A stretch of 45,741 bases of DNA from Octopus bimaculoides (Eukaryota): positions 20,127,817 through 20,173,557 of the forward strand of contig NC_068999.1 of NCBI RefSeq assembly GCF_001194135.2, read 5' to 3'. The notes beneath the pieces are model-generated. The model was not told where the DNA came from, did no database searches, and was given only the letters and a program-made list of their open reading frames with translations. This document shows positions 1 through 13,977 of this stretch, in pieces; position 1 is the stretch's first letter; every line of letters starts with the position of its first letter. A program made the translations under genes and the position numbers.

Positions 1-26
<26 letters not shown>
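1..26. repeat. (TA)n microsatellite
   Basis: Seen directly. Confidence 0.95.
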
Positions 27-31
<5 letters not shown>

Positions 32-582
32 CATACAGATATGCAACACACACATTCACACAATGTATAGTTCGTTTTCATTTGTAATCTTGCAAAACAC
101 CCTTAAATATTATCAGTGATGCTCTGTGAGATCATCTGGAATTTCGATCTTTCCGGAATGTCAGATATTTTTCGATTACAATGAAGAAAATATTTATGTA
201 ACCCAAACATTTCTCCAGTTGGAGCTAATCTGTCTAATATTACTCATTCAAGGGCTCACAAATCGTGATCTATGTTAGAACCTCTGCTTCATGTACAGTT
301 AACTGAATCCTATTCTGCTTCGTTTTTCCTCTGAAACCCAGCGGTAGCCTTTGGTTTGAAATCGACTTGCGGCCGCGCTATCTTACTTCAATCCATCAGT
401 GTAGCATATTTGAAACAGCACTTAAAACAAATCTTCTCGATTGCTTCCTTTATAATCTCTTCTTGGATGAGTAGAGTTTTCTACCAGTCTATTTGGTTTG
501 TTTTGGAGATAAACATTTTGTCTGGCCCTAGCATTNNNNNNNNNNTTCACTGCATGAATATATATATGCGTCTGTAGGCTTG

Positions 583-633
<51 letters not shown>
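583..633. repeat. (GT)n microsatellite
   Basis: Seen directly. Confidence 0.95.
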
Positions 634-634
<1 letters not shown>

Positions 635-1694
635 ATTCGTGTGCGCTGCGTCGGTATTCGACATTATGGCCCTAAGATGAATTGGCTTCAATGGTTTATG
701 TTTAATCCGCTTGTTCCTTCTGTACAAGTATTATGTAGTATGTAGTATTTTGTGGAATTTCTCAGGACAAGTATATTTGATTTCTTAGCCTATCACATGA
801 TGTAGCAACCTACATTTATTTTACCAGATCGATTTAATCAAAATGCCTGACTATTTCTGTCTTTATATTGATGGGCTGTTAGTTTTAGTTTGCGTGGCAT
901 TTTATATGTTGAGACATCTATGTCATACTAAAGATTTCTCTTTGATAATCGCCGTATTTTCTGGAGAAGGGAAAATGGAGTATTGCCTTCCAATTCTAGA
1001 GTATATTCTTTCCACTGATATCGCTGATATTCTTTAACTTATTTAGAAGACCAATGGATAAAATTGTGCTGGTTTACAGAATCGGTAGTGCAACACAGAA
1101 CTATGTGCCATGTAGTATTGAATTACGCTTTGTTATGTTCTGATTTCGATTGATGTTACATACAGATCTGAATGATATCCTTCAAGTATAGATAAAATAA
1201 GCAAGTGGGAAGTATTGCCTTCGATTCAATTGATTGTAGAGTTCACCAATTTCTATGAGAAAACGTTATTCCTTATGACTTTTAATTTATGTAAGCAAAA
1301 AGTTTCACAGCAACTTCCAAGTTTTCGCTTTCCAGCCGTTCTTAATCGGTAGTTTAAAGACGAATCTTAAGTGAAAATTTCGAAGTCATCGTCAGTGGTT
1401 TATTTATTTATTTATCTATTTATTTCGTTAGAAATTAGCTAATATCTACTCCACTACAATGTTCTCTGTGATCCTTCTGCTAAATGTTGAATTATTTTAT
1501 ATATATAACTCAACATGACAACATAGTTTTGATTAAATGTTGACGTTCATAACACTGAAGTGCGGTGCTAATCTTGTTCATAATTTGTACAAAACCATTT
1601 AATCATCTCTCACCAAAAAGTTTAGCTAAACCTATAGAAAACTGTCAGGTGCATTGTACGTACTATTATTACGTTGACATAAGAGATGGTGAAA

Positions 1695-1850
1695 TACAAG
1701 GATCATTGTCGTATCGGCCAAAATGCTCAATGACTTATCACCTGAATCTCTACATTCTAATTTCAAATGTCGTTGATGTCGACTTTCACTTCCTTCCTAG
1801 TTTTTTTAGATAACTTAAATACCCAGTAACAGACTTCTCTCCCCTCAAAA
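1695..1850 (+). mobile_element. SINE family B, highly diverged
   Basis: ggccaaaatgct...ttcaaat...gtcgacttt...gataacttaaatacccagt is colinear with 21915-22025. Confidence 0.55.
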
Positions 1851-2624
1851 CTTCTTTTTTTTTTAATGCCAAAATCAGAATAGATCATTATGTAGACTTA
1901 AAATTCAAATATAAACTATTGTGCAGTTTACAATATCATCCTTTATATCATTTATAAATTATATGATCCTTATCTTCCACACGCTAACATGTTATCTCCT
2001 TAGCTGGATGCATTAGCATACGTTCATATTTCATGCGTTATATTAATTTAAAGACATACACTGTACATATACCAAATAGTTTGTTAATTTAATCATGTCA
2101 CTCTCGTTATGGTTGTTGTTGTCGTCATCATTGTTGCTGTTGTTTGTTTTTATTTTTATTGTTGTTGGTGGTGGTGGTGTTGTTGCTGTTGGTGTTGTTG
2201 TTGTTGGTGGTGGTAGTTAGAATTTATGTGTGTGTGTGTATGTGTGTGCATGTGTATGTATGAGTATGCACGTATGTGTGCGCATGTATTTATTTATCTA
2301 CGGGTGTGAAACTATTGGCCCTACGATTGCAAGATCTATGTTGATTTCTCAAAGCGCATCTCGTTGTGTACTAGTACAGACCGCTTCATTTCACGGTATT
2401 CAATTCTACACACATTATAAACAATTAATTCCCAAGTTCTGATACAACCCACTCTCACTTAAGCTTCCCCATCCAGGATATTCTGCTGGGTTATTGCCGG
2501 GAGTGACGAGAATTTGTACATTTTTGTTCATTATAAGATGGGTACATTAAGCAATTTGGAAAATCATGGCACAAGGGAATAAACCATACTCACTTGTCAA
2601 TGAATAATTTGGTATTTGGCAAAC

Positions 2625-2855
2625 ATGCTTTGTGTCTTTAAGCAATCACTTTATTTCACGTTGTTCCTGTCAAATCAGCTGGCAAAAATGAATAGTATCT
2701 GTATTTCGAAGGGCCAGCCTTGTCACCCAGTGTCACGCTGAATCTCCTTGCGATCTACACTAAGGGTACACGTGACTGTGGAGTGGTCAGCCACATGCAC
2801 GTTCACTTCATGAGCAGGCTGTTCCATTGATTGGTTCAACTCGTCATCGTACTCA
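2625..2855 (+). mobile_element. SINE family C (head missing)
   Basis: Begins with ttgtgtct..aagcaa.cactttatttcac, a central SINE domain shared with 14052-14090, and is GC-richer than its flanks. The family is recognised from memory only. Confidence 0.6.
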
Positions 2856-3630
2856 TGAATTTCATGATTGTTTTAATCCAGTAGTCACCATCACTAATGT
2901 TCACAGTTTTTACTTTTACTTCATGCTCAATAAACTATCTGTTTGAATATTTTCAGAATACTGAGATTATGTATTTTCTCTATTCATTAACTTAACAAAA
3001 TAACACGTCTACATGGTTTTTTCAATGTGCTATGTATAACATAATATTCAAATCATAGAATACTGTGCTAAGTAAAAAGGGTAGTATATGTCCTAGATAT
3101 TGATGTCCAAAAAAAGATAGGTATGCATCTGAAAATAGATCTTGATCATGAGCCGAAAAGCAACATCGAAAACAACGAACACAAATGATCAGATGATCGA
3201 GCTCTATTGTTGTTTTATATATTGCTATATATTAGATAGAAATATGTGACAAGAGCTCATTGCTTTTGTAATACCTCTGAAAATTCGTGTTACTGGAGTA
3301 TGGCTGGCTTATTTACAATTGATGCCGTCGAACTGGAAACCTTCTCCAAATGACTGCAAAGAGTGAATTGTTTTGAATTTTCCGAAGGGTTCGGTAGTTA
3401 CGCGTCGATTAGAAAGTATTTTTTCCTGATAATTATTTTGGTTCTAAATATATTGCAAACATTCAAACAACAGCCAGCTACTAGAAGATTGCATCTATCT
3501 ATATTTAAATCAATAACTAATACTGACAATTATATTAACATTAATCAAATAAAAGATTTAGCAGCCAATTTCATTATGGGAATTCTGAGGCAAGGGAATC
3601 ATAGAAGTCCTTGTAACTATTTTATTACAG

Positions 3631-3690
3631 ATGAAGGTTGAAATTTATCGAATGTTAGATGCTGCTGTATTGAATGCAATGTGCCAAAAG
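3631..3690 (+). CDS. Candidate 60-nt phase-0 exon (MKVEIYRMLDAAVLNAMCQK), product unknown
   Basis: tgtaactattttattacag acceptor, AAG|GTGAAC donor, and only frame 0 is open. No family was recognised. Confidence 0.35.
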
Positions 3691-4304
3691 GTGAACATTC
3701 ATTTCGCAATGTCAACGTTAATAACTGAAGAAACGCAAATGCACTCATTTAATGACGAATTTGGCTAATCCAACTATTAGAATGTCAGGCAATTAGATGT
3801 AATTGTCAATTTGTTGATCTTAAGCAAGTGATGTTCTAGGGATTGTTCCAACAGAACCTGTCTGTTCGCAGAATTTCGAAATATCTGCCTCATTAATTTA
3901 TTGGATGTTATCCAATCTAGAAAATTGTGCGTCTAATGAATTTCTAGTTGTACTACATTATTACACAAGACTAATAAAATAGATTTTTTTCCCCCGAAGA
4001 CTTCTTTCACATATTGAATGGCTGCACGGAGCAATTAAATACATAGTCGTCTCATGTCGCTTCTTCTGTTTAAGCGTCTGGAGGATGTCGTCTGCTTTTG
4101 ATCGCTTCACAGATGTAGGCACCGTTTTATGTAAGAAGAAAAGCTAAATATAGACGCAATTTTTCTAACGTATCCCTCTCATTAACAACTACTGCTTGTG
4201 ATTGGTTCTTGATGAAATTGAAAGAAAACAAAGATATATTCCACAGTTTTAACAGTTCGTTTTATATACTATATATTTATTTTTGATACTGACATATAAT
4301 AAGG

Positions 4305-4307
<3 letters not shown>

Positions 4308-4345
<38 letters not shown>
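4308..4345. repeat. (GATA)n microsatellite
   Basis: Seen directly. Confidence 0.95.
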
Positions 4346-4346
<1 letters not shown>

Positions 4347-4796
4347 GGAAAGAGACAGAGAAAAAGACGCAGACACACACACAGACAGGGAGATTGAGAT
4401 ACAGGAAGGGAGGCAGACAGGCAGAGACAGAGAGAGAAAGAGAGAAAGACATGGGAGAGAGGGATAAAGAAAATTTGAGGTATGTTTGATGTGGACAGCA
4501 ATTTATTGATAATTTATTCGTATTACGAAGAAAAATGAAGATTGATGATGAACACTGTAGCTATGACAACATAGATGACAGAATACTAATGATGCCTGAC
4601 ACAGCTCTGTCAAGATTAAAGCAAACCAGCATCTACAAACTAGTGTACCTTTCTTGAAATGACACCAAATACATATTCTAGTCAGTTGGATAATCACATG
4701 AATCAACCCGAGTATATGAGTGGTTTTACTTTATTAACACCGGAAGAAGGAAATACTAATGTGATCTTGGCATGATAGGAATTCAGAATATAGATA

Positions 4797-4946
4797 GGCA
4801 TAGTTGTGGCTGTGTGGTAAGAAGCTTGATTTCCAACCACGTGGTTCCGGCTTCAGTCCCACTGCGAGGCAACTATGCAAGTGTTTTCTACTATGGTCAG
4901 GGGCCGACCAAAGTCTTGTGAGTGGATTTGGTAGACGGAAACTGAA
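4797..4946 (+). mobile_element. SINE family A, 5' half
   Basis: gtggctgtgtggtaag...gtggatttggtagacggaaactgaa matches the family head. Confidence 0.85.
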
Positions 4947-4972
4947 TGTTAAGGCTTCTTTTATCGTGTGTC

Positions 4973-5346
4973 ATTTGCCTGTTTCAGTCATTCGACTGCA
5001 GCCATGAGGGTACCGCTTTGAAGAACTTTAAGTCGAATAAACCGAAACAAATCATTTGTGTTATTTTTTTTATTTTTTTAAGCCTGGTGCTTACTTTATT
5101 AGTCATTTGCCGAGGCGCTTAGTTACGGACACGTAAACATACCAACACTAGTTGTGAAGCGGTGCTGCGGAACAAACAGAAGCATACACACACAAACATA
5201 TATATAAACATATATGCACACATATACATAGGTAGATATACGACGGGCATCCTTCAGTTTCCGTCTTTCAAATCTACTCACAAGGCTGTGGTCGGCCCGA
5301 CGTTACAGCAGAAGATACTTGCCCAAAATGCTACGCACTGAAACTG
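4973..5346 (-). mobile_element. SINE family A, minus-strand copy lacking the tRNA head
   Basis: The reverse complement is colinear with 27060-28210, including a short ungapped internal microsatellite (5185-5240). Confidence 0.8.
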
Positions 5347-6421
5347 TTTAGATAACAAATATTTATTTGCTTTCACATTTATTTAAGCAGAGTGTTTTCA
5401 CAAAGCTATCTATATATTTACATATGCATCATTTGTTTTCTTGGAGGGGAGGCTGGGATTCTGGTCTATGTCTTCTGAAGGGAATATGTTTCCAAACCTT
5501 ACACGTCTATAAACTTTTCCATCTTTTGATGTGGTAATTCTTAAAGTTATAAATGTGAATGATTATTAGCAATATGTAAATGCAATCTGGTGAAGGTATT
5601 TGCAAATTCTCTGGTTAGAATTCACAGAAAATATCTTAATGTGTGTGTGTGTGTGTGTCTGTGTTTGTGTGTGTGTCTGTGTTTGTGTGTGTCTGTGCGT
5701 GTGTNNNNNNNNNNNNNNNNNNNNNNNNNNNNNNNNNNNNNNNNNNNNNNNNNNNNNNNNNNNNNNNNNNNNNNNNNNNNNNNNNNNNNNNNNNNNNNNN
5801 NNNNNNNNNNNNNNNNNNNNNNNNNNNNNNNNNNNNNNNNNNNNNNNNNNNNNNNNNNNNNNNNNNNNNNNNNNNNNNNNNNNNNNNNNNNNNNNNNNNN
5901 NNNNNNNNNNNNNNNNNNNNNNNNNNNNNNNNNNNNNNNNNNNNNNNNNNNNNNNNNNNNNNNNNNNNNNNNNNNNATATATAAACAAACATCTCAGTTT
6001 GCATATGTGAGTGTGCGTGTGTGTTAAGAAATAATTCCTTAGCCCCTTTAAATAGTTTTCGAATTTTATTCGCGATCGGAATTCGAAAAGCCCATTCAGT
6101 CTGAATGCGTAGGTTTGCATATATATGTTAAAACACTTCAATATTTATATAGCGTCATCTGGCTCGTTGTTTTCCTGCATTTTCCAATGTGCAATGTTAT
6201 ATGCTTAATTTCATGCAATGGATTTTACTGAAATACCTTCAGCATATTTCATGACATTATGTTATCGCTTATTGAACACTCAGTTTTTCCACCTATCCAT
6301 CTATATATCTATATCTATATCTATCTATCTATCTATCTATATATATATATATATGAAAATTGATGTGTATATATATAAATATATATATATTTATATATAT
6401 TTATATATATATATATATATA

Positions 6422-6457
<36 letters not shown>

Positions 6458-7942
6458 TATACACACACTTATATACAGACATNNNNNNNNNNNNNNNNNN
6501 NNNNNNNNNNNNNNNNNNNNNNNNNNNNNNNNNNNNNNNNNNNNNNNNNNNNNNNNNNNNNNNNNNNNNNNNNNNNNNNNNNNNNNNNNNNNNNNNNNNN
6601 NNNNNNNNNNNNNNNNNNNNNNNNNNNNNNNNNNNNNNNNNNNNNNNNNNNNNNNNNNNNNNNNNNNNNNNNNNNNNNNNNNNNNNNNNNNNNNNNNNNN
6701 NNNNNNNNNNNNNNNNNNNNNNNNNNNNNNNNNNNNNNNNNNNNNNNNNNNNNNNNNNNNNNNNNNNNNNNNNNNNNNNNNNNNNNNNNNNNNNNNNNNN
6801 NNNNNNNNNNNNNNNNNNNNNNNNNNNNNNNNNNNNNNNNNNNNNNNNNNNNNNNNNNNNNNNNNNNNNNNNNNNNNNNNNNNNNNNNNNNNNNNNNNNN
6901 NNNNNNNNNNNNNNNNNNNNNNNNNNNNNNNNNNNNNNNNNNNNNNNNNNNNNNNNNNNNNNNNNNNNNNNNNNNNNNNNNNNNNNNNNNNNNNNNNNNN
7001 NNNNNNNNNNNNNNNNNNNNNNNNNNNNNNNNNNNNNNNNNNNNNNNNNNNNNNNNNNNNNNNNNNNNNNNNNNNNNNNNNNNNNNNNNNNNNNNNNNNN
7101 NNNNNNNNNNNNNNNNNNNNNNNNNNNNNNNNNNNNNNNNNNNNNNNNNNNNNNNNNNNNNNNNNNNNNNNNNNNNNNNNNNNNNNNNNNNNNNNNNNNN
7201 NNNNNNNNNNNNNNNNNNNNNNNNNNNNNNNNNNNNNNNNNNNNNNNNNNNNNNNNNNNNNNNNNNNNNNNNNNNNNNNNNNNNNNNNNNNNNNNNNNNN
7301 NNNATATATATATATATATATATATATATAGACTTATCTATGTGTGTATATACTTACAGAGAGACACACATATATACGTATAAACATACATCTATAATAA
7401 TAAATGAATGCATATTTTAAGAGAATACTCTATATTGCGTGTTTTTTTTAAATAAATAATTCCAATCGTATAACCTATAAGCAACAATATTTTATTTTTA
7501 AATATTGCATGTTGTGTGTCACCCGGGGTCACAAAAACCTTTTAACATATTTGCATGATCAGCATTTAGAATAATATTTTTCTTTCCCTTTTCCGAAATA
7601 TGAAAAGGATTTGAAAGAATTTGTTTCGCAGTCTTATGCTAAAAGATCCGTGATTTATATCACTATTCTACTGCTGAATTTTATGCCATGGTAGGATATT
7701 CTGAGTAATACTCCATAAATGGGATATTGTTATTAAAGAAAATAAATGCTTTTTAGATAAAATATCTACTGAATTAAAATATACTCCTTATTGCATGTGT
7801 GTAGGTGGGGTAAATTCATGGATAAGAAGGATAATTTTACTTGGGTCACTCATAGGTTTGCTCACCCAGGTTCGACTTAACTCTTCAAAAAGAAGAATTA
7901 TCGGTGGGAGACCATTCAGAAAAAATTGATATGTAATGTATG

Positions 7943-7973
<31 letters not shown>

Positions 7974-8029
7974 ATGTGTATGTGTTTGACTGTGTGTGTG
8001 CGTTTGACTATGTGTGTGTNNNNNNNNNN

Positions 8030-8480
8030 AACGGGAACTATATCATCAGCTTAAAGGAGCTCTTGAACAAGGGCCTGGAATGTCTTCGACTTTGCATTAA
8101 AGCGTTTAACATCAAAGACCTTACCTGTGGTTCTGAAGCAAATATAGACGCCGATGTCACAGTCTTGGAAAGCGTGCAGGATAGTTACAGCAAAATATAT
8201 GGAAAAATGTTGGAGCACCAATATCACCTTGTTTAACTCCGTTATCGATGGAAATTGGTTCCGATAGTGACCCATTGAAGTTAAGATGAGCTTTCATATC
8301 ACTATGAATTTGTATAAACAGGTTTACAAATTGAAGTGGACACCCAAGTTTACCAAGAAAACGGCCTTATTAACAGTATCGATAGCTTTTGTTGAATCGA
8401 TAAACACCTGGTAAAGAGCGTTTTAACAATCATGTGTGATCTCGTCGAGGTAACACCTTCAAAACCGAGCTTAGCATCTA
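8030..8480 (-). mobile_element. RTE-clade LINE reverse-transcriptase fragment (pseudogenised)
   Basis: Minus-strand translation with frameshifts: LYQVFIDSTKAIDTVN; FVNLFIQIHSDMKAHLNFNGSLSEPISIDNGVKQGDIGAPTF; IYFAVTILHAFQDCDIGVYICFRTTGKVFDVKRFNAKSKTFQALVQELL*ADD. These are typical RTE/BovB-type RT motifs. Confidence 0.9.
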
Positions 8481-9164
8481 TGAATTTGCATTTTAACGGT
8501 CCTCCTGTACTCTTCTGAGAACTGGAGGATATATCGGCGCAACATCAAGTCTTTTGAAAGATTCAAGTGGCATTCATCGTATATATATATATATATATAT
8601 ATTATTGGCTATAAGCCTCTCCAGGCGCTAGAAAAATATACGCCTAAAAACGCTATTAACATCTTAAAAACTCCGAGAAATAAAATACCGGCCGTAGTCG
8701 GGCAAAAGTGAGGTAATGAATTAAAATTTTGGTATGAATTCACTCTCAATCGTTTGAAGGCCGATTTCGAAAAGGTATCTGTGAAGAATATTTTGTTTTT
8801 AGCACAATATGTCTATAAATGCATTTCCCCAGATGAAAGCAACAGCAACAGTCTTTTCAAATACATAGGAGCGTTAATATAATATCAGACAAATTTAACC
8901 GCCAGTGAAACGTCTGCTGATCAAGTAGCCTTTCAACCAACTCACATCCTTCTGGGAAGCTTATAGCATTACATATACAAATGTGTATACTAAAACTGAA
9001 CAATTTAAAGCTGATACACACATTCACATTACCTTTCTCTGCTTGATTGAACTCTGAACAGAAGCTTCCAGGTTATGGAATGTTTTAATGGTTCACAAGA
9101 GAAAGTAAATATGTGGAAAGTTGGAAGTTATTAAATGCTCCATAACCTATAGCTGACACACCTA

Positions 9165-9400
9165 TCTAAACGTTTTGCACGCTGGTCCGACCTCTGAACA
9201 ACAGTGTATACATTCTAAATCCAAGAATGTGGAGACTCACGTTAGTGTTCAAATAATAGAAACAATAAAACCTAGTTACACATCGGGTGTCCGTCTAACA
9301 TTGTTTTGTGATTCCCTAAAACATCTTCAACGTCTGAAGCCGAAACATCTAAAATGACACGCATGATCACACGGTCGGACATGCTCGACTGAATGGTGTG
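9165..9400 (+). mobile_element. Possible very old CR1-like 3' fragment
   Basis: TLVRP-like motif near 9178, and cggacatgctc near 9376 shared with the TRGH region of the CR1 copy at 17970. Heavily decayed. Confidence 0.3.
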
Positions 9401-9933
9401 AAAAAGACGCAAATTTAAGGTCAATCAATAAAGCAACATTCTTAGTAAGTTTCAATCAGAACCTAACCTACAACATAATTAGTATTGAAAGAGCTTCACA
9501 TACCAGAGTAAAATCAGACTAACCAGAGATTATGTAAAGTCAAGACGAAGTTTCATACGAATGCTACGCAGGCCAAAACAGCGAAGTTATTAGAACCGTT
9601 ATTCTTGTAAGAAGAAGAATAAACATGTAGTACCACCTTAGCCCGAAGCAAGAGCACTTGTTATTGTCCCAGATATAGACTGCAGAACATAAAAATAATC
9701 GAGCTGGTATCCAACTTGTGCTGATTGGCCTTTGTTCGTTGTAAAGGCATCTCTCTCGGAGGGATAGAGTCCACTGCCCCACTGAACTGGAGATATTATT
9801 CTGTACTTGCGTTTCTTCATTTTAATAGTGCTAGTGGTTGTGGTCATATACGAATTAGACTCTTGCACTGGCATAACTGACACTCACCTGTCGGAAATTG
9901 TCATGCTCGTTCTAACGAATTGAGAGCCATCAG

Positions 9934-10006
9934 GTATGTATGTATGTATGTATGTATGTATGTATGTATGTATGTATGCATGCATGTATGTATGTAGGTA
10001 GGTATA
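9934..10006. repeat. (GTAT)n microsatellite
   Basis: Seen directly. Confidence 0.93.
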
Positions 10007-13000
10007 CGATCGTTTCCAAAGCTAAAAATCTCGATAATATGAGTTTAAAATCAGTTCATACTTTATTATATAATCCACCTTTTAGTGCAAACTACTGCAG
10101 TAACGTTTGTTCAAATATTACGACAGAGGAGAAAAGTACATTAAGTTTGTCTTAGTGGGAGCGGTAAGAAATTCGATGACGAGCCAATCGTGCCACCTTC
10201 CATAGATCGGTCAAGAAACACAGAAGGTGCGGTCATATATTAATATAACAATTCTTAATCGGCATTATTTGAGCTAATGCTTATATTCGAGGTGTTATGG
10301 CGTTCAATTTTCTATTCTGTTAAACGCGCCAAGTGGACGCTGCAATAAACAAATTTCCAACTTTTGAATATTGATGTAGATAAAATTAATTATTGAAGCG
10401 TCGTAAAAAAAGCACAAAATCGTCAATAGTAATGATGAATAGCAAAAATAAAAATGAATTACAGAATAAAAGAAAAACTGCTGTATGTGTAAATGTGTGT
10501 GCTTGTGAATGTATGTATGCGTGAGTGCGTACATTCCGACTCGTGTGCGTGCCTGCACATATGCGTGTGAGGATAAGATGCAATATCTGTATGAGAGGAT
10601 ATAAAGGATATGATCCATAAGCAACTCTAAGAAAATTCGTGCTCCGAATAGGAAATCAAATTATATAACCGAGAAAATACATAAGGAAAACATGCACACT
10701 ATCAATAGGTGAGGACATATCAAAGTGAATAACGAAATATATATATGTATGTATATATATATATATATATAAGTAAATGTAAAAGCGAAGAGGGTACTAG
10801 AAGACACCTGATAATATCTAAAGTCGTGAATCATACAGACAGAATTAAAATAAAATTATGTAATAGATAGGTGTTTTTATACAAACGCTGCGTTACAATT
10901 TATGAATATTGTCTTAAGCACAAATATTTGTATAGAGATAAAAAACATAATACAAAATATAAAACGTAAAACAAGATAACATTAAACATATGCCACAGAG
11001 ATATTCACTTAGATAAAATATGATAGTGACTTAGGTACAAAAGCAAAATATTGAATAGTTAGAGGGGAAAGTACATTAGAGCCTCAATAAATCACCATCA
11101 CTCTCTCATTTTCTTAGGGTGTAAATTATATTTAAGACCTATGGCGAAATATATAACCAAGTTGAATATAAATCTGAGGAAATATAAACATAATAGATAA
11201 CAATGTACCGGTATAGGCACATTATTAGAAGCTAGGGTAATATAGTCGCTATATAATATTTTAGATATTGATAAGAACTGGTATTCTTACGAATAAAATT
11301 AAGGATTTGTGGCAGAGAGACTATTTACGTAATCGATGTCTGCATCTTATAATCATTTCATCATGGTTAGGGATGTTATCTTTGTAATCCATGATAATGT
11401 ATGATTATTTATTGTTAGAACCACTACATTGTGCTGCCCTTCGAATTATCGCCGTTGTAATTGAGTAGCACCATGTTCCCCTTTAACCCACAAATTTCTG
11501 AGAAAGAACCGTGCTACCACCCATGTCTTCGGATTTGAATATCTGATTATGTTACGTAAATGGAAATTAAAATCATTGAGCGTAGCCCTAATATATAAAG
11601 ATGTTTAGATTTCCGCATATTAAAGTCGCGTTTGTTTAACGATGTTGTTAATTAGACTTTTATTATCTAAAGGGTATGTAGAGGGGCGCCTAATATTAAA
11701 CAGTTTTGTTGGAATGCTGTATAGTTCACTGTTATTCTTATCGTTCCTTGGTTTATTACTACCATTATCATTATTATTGTTGGCGATGTGATTATTGTAA
11801 TTATTACTGGTAATCCATTACGATATACAGGGTTTACATTATAATTTCGCTCGTTAAATTGAACACGGTACAGTTTTGTTTCGTTGGGTATGTTTACAGA
11901 TTCGGAATGTTCTGTACCGGTGTTACATTAATAGGTGGATCAATCAGTCCATAAATATATACAAGACGTATTATATCTTCTAAGTCAAACGAGTTGGAAT
12001 AAGAGAGTTTATCTTCGTGGAGAATAAATATTATCGACACGTATTGCACATCAATCCAGTAAGTATTTGTTATATATATTGTTGCGGAAAGTTATAAATT
12101 TTTTTATCATTTTATAGATTAGCTAGCCAGGACCTTAAGGAGCCGGATATTTTTTCTCCATATGTAGCCTTTAGGGACAAAATTGGGCTTTCTTCAGCTA
12201 ACATGAACCTCAATTGTGTTTAAAAAAAAAAAGTAAAATGTATCTTTCGCTCGCTGAAAAGAACACAACAAATTGCAAAAGCAAGTGACAACAACAGCAG
12301 CAGTAACGTTAGCATAATGAATAGCAACAACAGCAAAGCAACGACAACACAGCAGGAGAAATGCATGAAAGTAACATTTTGCCACTAGAAATTTGCAGTC
12401 TCAGCATAACAGGAAGAAGAAATGAGATATATGAAACAAAGCAACAACACCAGCGAGAACACTGTTACCTCCACCACTACCATCAACTGCTACAGCAAAC
12501 CTATCACTACCAATATCATTAGCGAAAAACCATATGAACAGTGAAAAGGAACCATGCAAATCTTCTGTTAGCGGTTTCGCCACCGCGGCGCGGCAAATGA
12601 TAGAAACAACGTTTATAATTGAAAATGAATTTAAAAGTGCAAAATATAAGTTGGAGAAATGTGGGCGAAATGTGGCACTGAATGTCCTTAGATCTGTCCT
12701 GCAAAAAACTAATTTGTGGACAAGTCTACTTAAAAAAAGAAGTAGAAAAAGAATAAAACACTCAACACACCACACAATTGGAAGATGCTAGTATTTCTCC
12801 CAGGGGTTAGAAATCTGAATCAGATGAAATGAAGTTCACTTCAGATGAAGATGCCAAAATGCCCTCAACACCTACGCTGACGAGTGACGAAATCATCTTC
12901 ATCACGATTAACCTTGTGCGAAGGGTGTGTAAAATAACAATATTAAATATACAATCACAAATCAACATCTGCTGGTTGATGGCCTCGGTTCTCTTGGACA

Positions 13001-13977
13001 TAGTAGAGAGCTCACTATTCTTCAGATAAAAGAATAGAAAACCAGAACTGTTTAGAGCAAGGTATGCAGTTATTAATATAGGCGGATCAGTTTATTGTCG
13101 AGGTCATCTCGGACTTCATAACCCTGCCATTGTTCTAAATCTATGTTAAAATTGTTTATAAGGAGAATAGTAAATACCTTCATTTAAATTGCATACATTG
13201 TTTGTAACGAACTAAAAATCCCTTGTAAAATATTAAAATATCGAAATTTTAAAATGTTGCACAAAGCGTTGTTATGAGCGGCCAATAACCAACATCCATT
13301 AGCTTTACGAGAATAACTTGAAACGTGTCTCTTTTGAAGTTTATGTTCATTTACTAGGCTTGATTATGACACTTAACTTCGAGACTTGAATGAAATATGC
13401 AGCATTAATTTTCAGTGTGTTGTTCAAGCGTCAAAATCAAACCTTGTTTATAACGATTATTAAAATCGACGTGTAATAAAAATGAGTTCAATAAGGTTTT
13501 TAAGTCGACACCAAAAACACAAACACAAATAGAATTATTCAAAATAAATATCATAATCTATCAAACTAATTACTTTATGAGAAGTGTTTAAATTTATATG
13601 TGTAGGAAGCCAACCTAGTACAAGTGAAGCTAAGGAAAACGCGAAACAGTAAAGGCAATGTTGAGCCAATTTGAACAAGTAATTACCCAGAAACAACAAG
13701 AGACAAAGTAAAAATATGAACCACAGAAAATAAAATTACTACAAAAATATTTGTGAGTTCGCAAATTTTTTGTTCGCACGTGATAATTATTTGATACAAA
13801 ATTCTATAAATCATCCATATTTATTTTTGAAAATATAAAAATAAACGACTGATGTATGTACTGAATCTAGAAGGCTTCTGAGAAGCAAAGTCTGTCTCAA
13901 ATGTCCGAGATGTTAGTGTTTTATCACATCCATGAAACCGTGACATAAATGGTTTAGACAACTTATTACTGTATATA

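Noticed and set aside
9888-9911. Minus-strand 24-nt micro-exon candidate (TAG|NEHDNFRQ|GTGAGT)
   Set aside because: Weak polypyrimidine tract, it overlaps a plus-strand candidate, and such motifs arise by chance.
12877-12925. CUGACGA gugac GAAA on the plus strand
   Set aside because: There is no compatible stem I with a valid NUH triplet; the only stem I candidate would put G at position 17.
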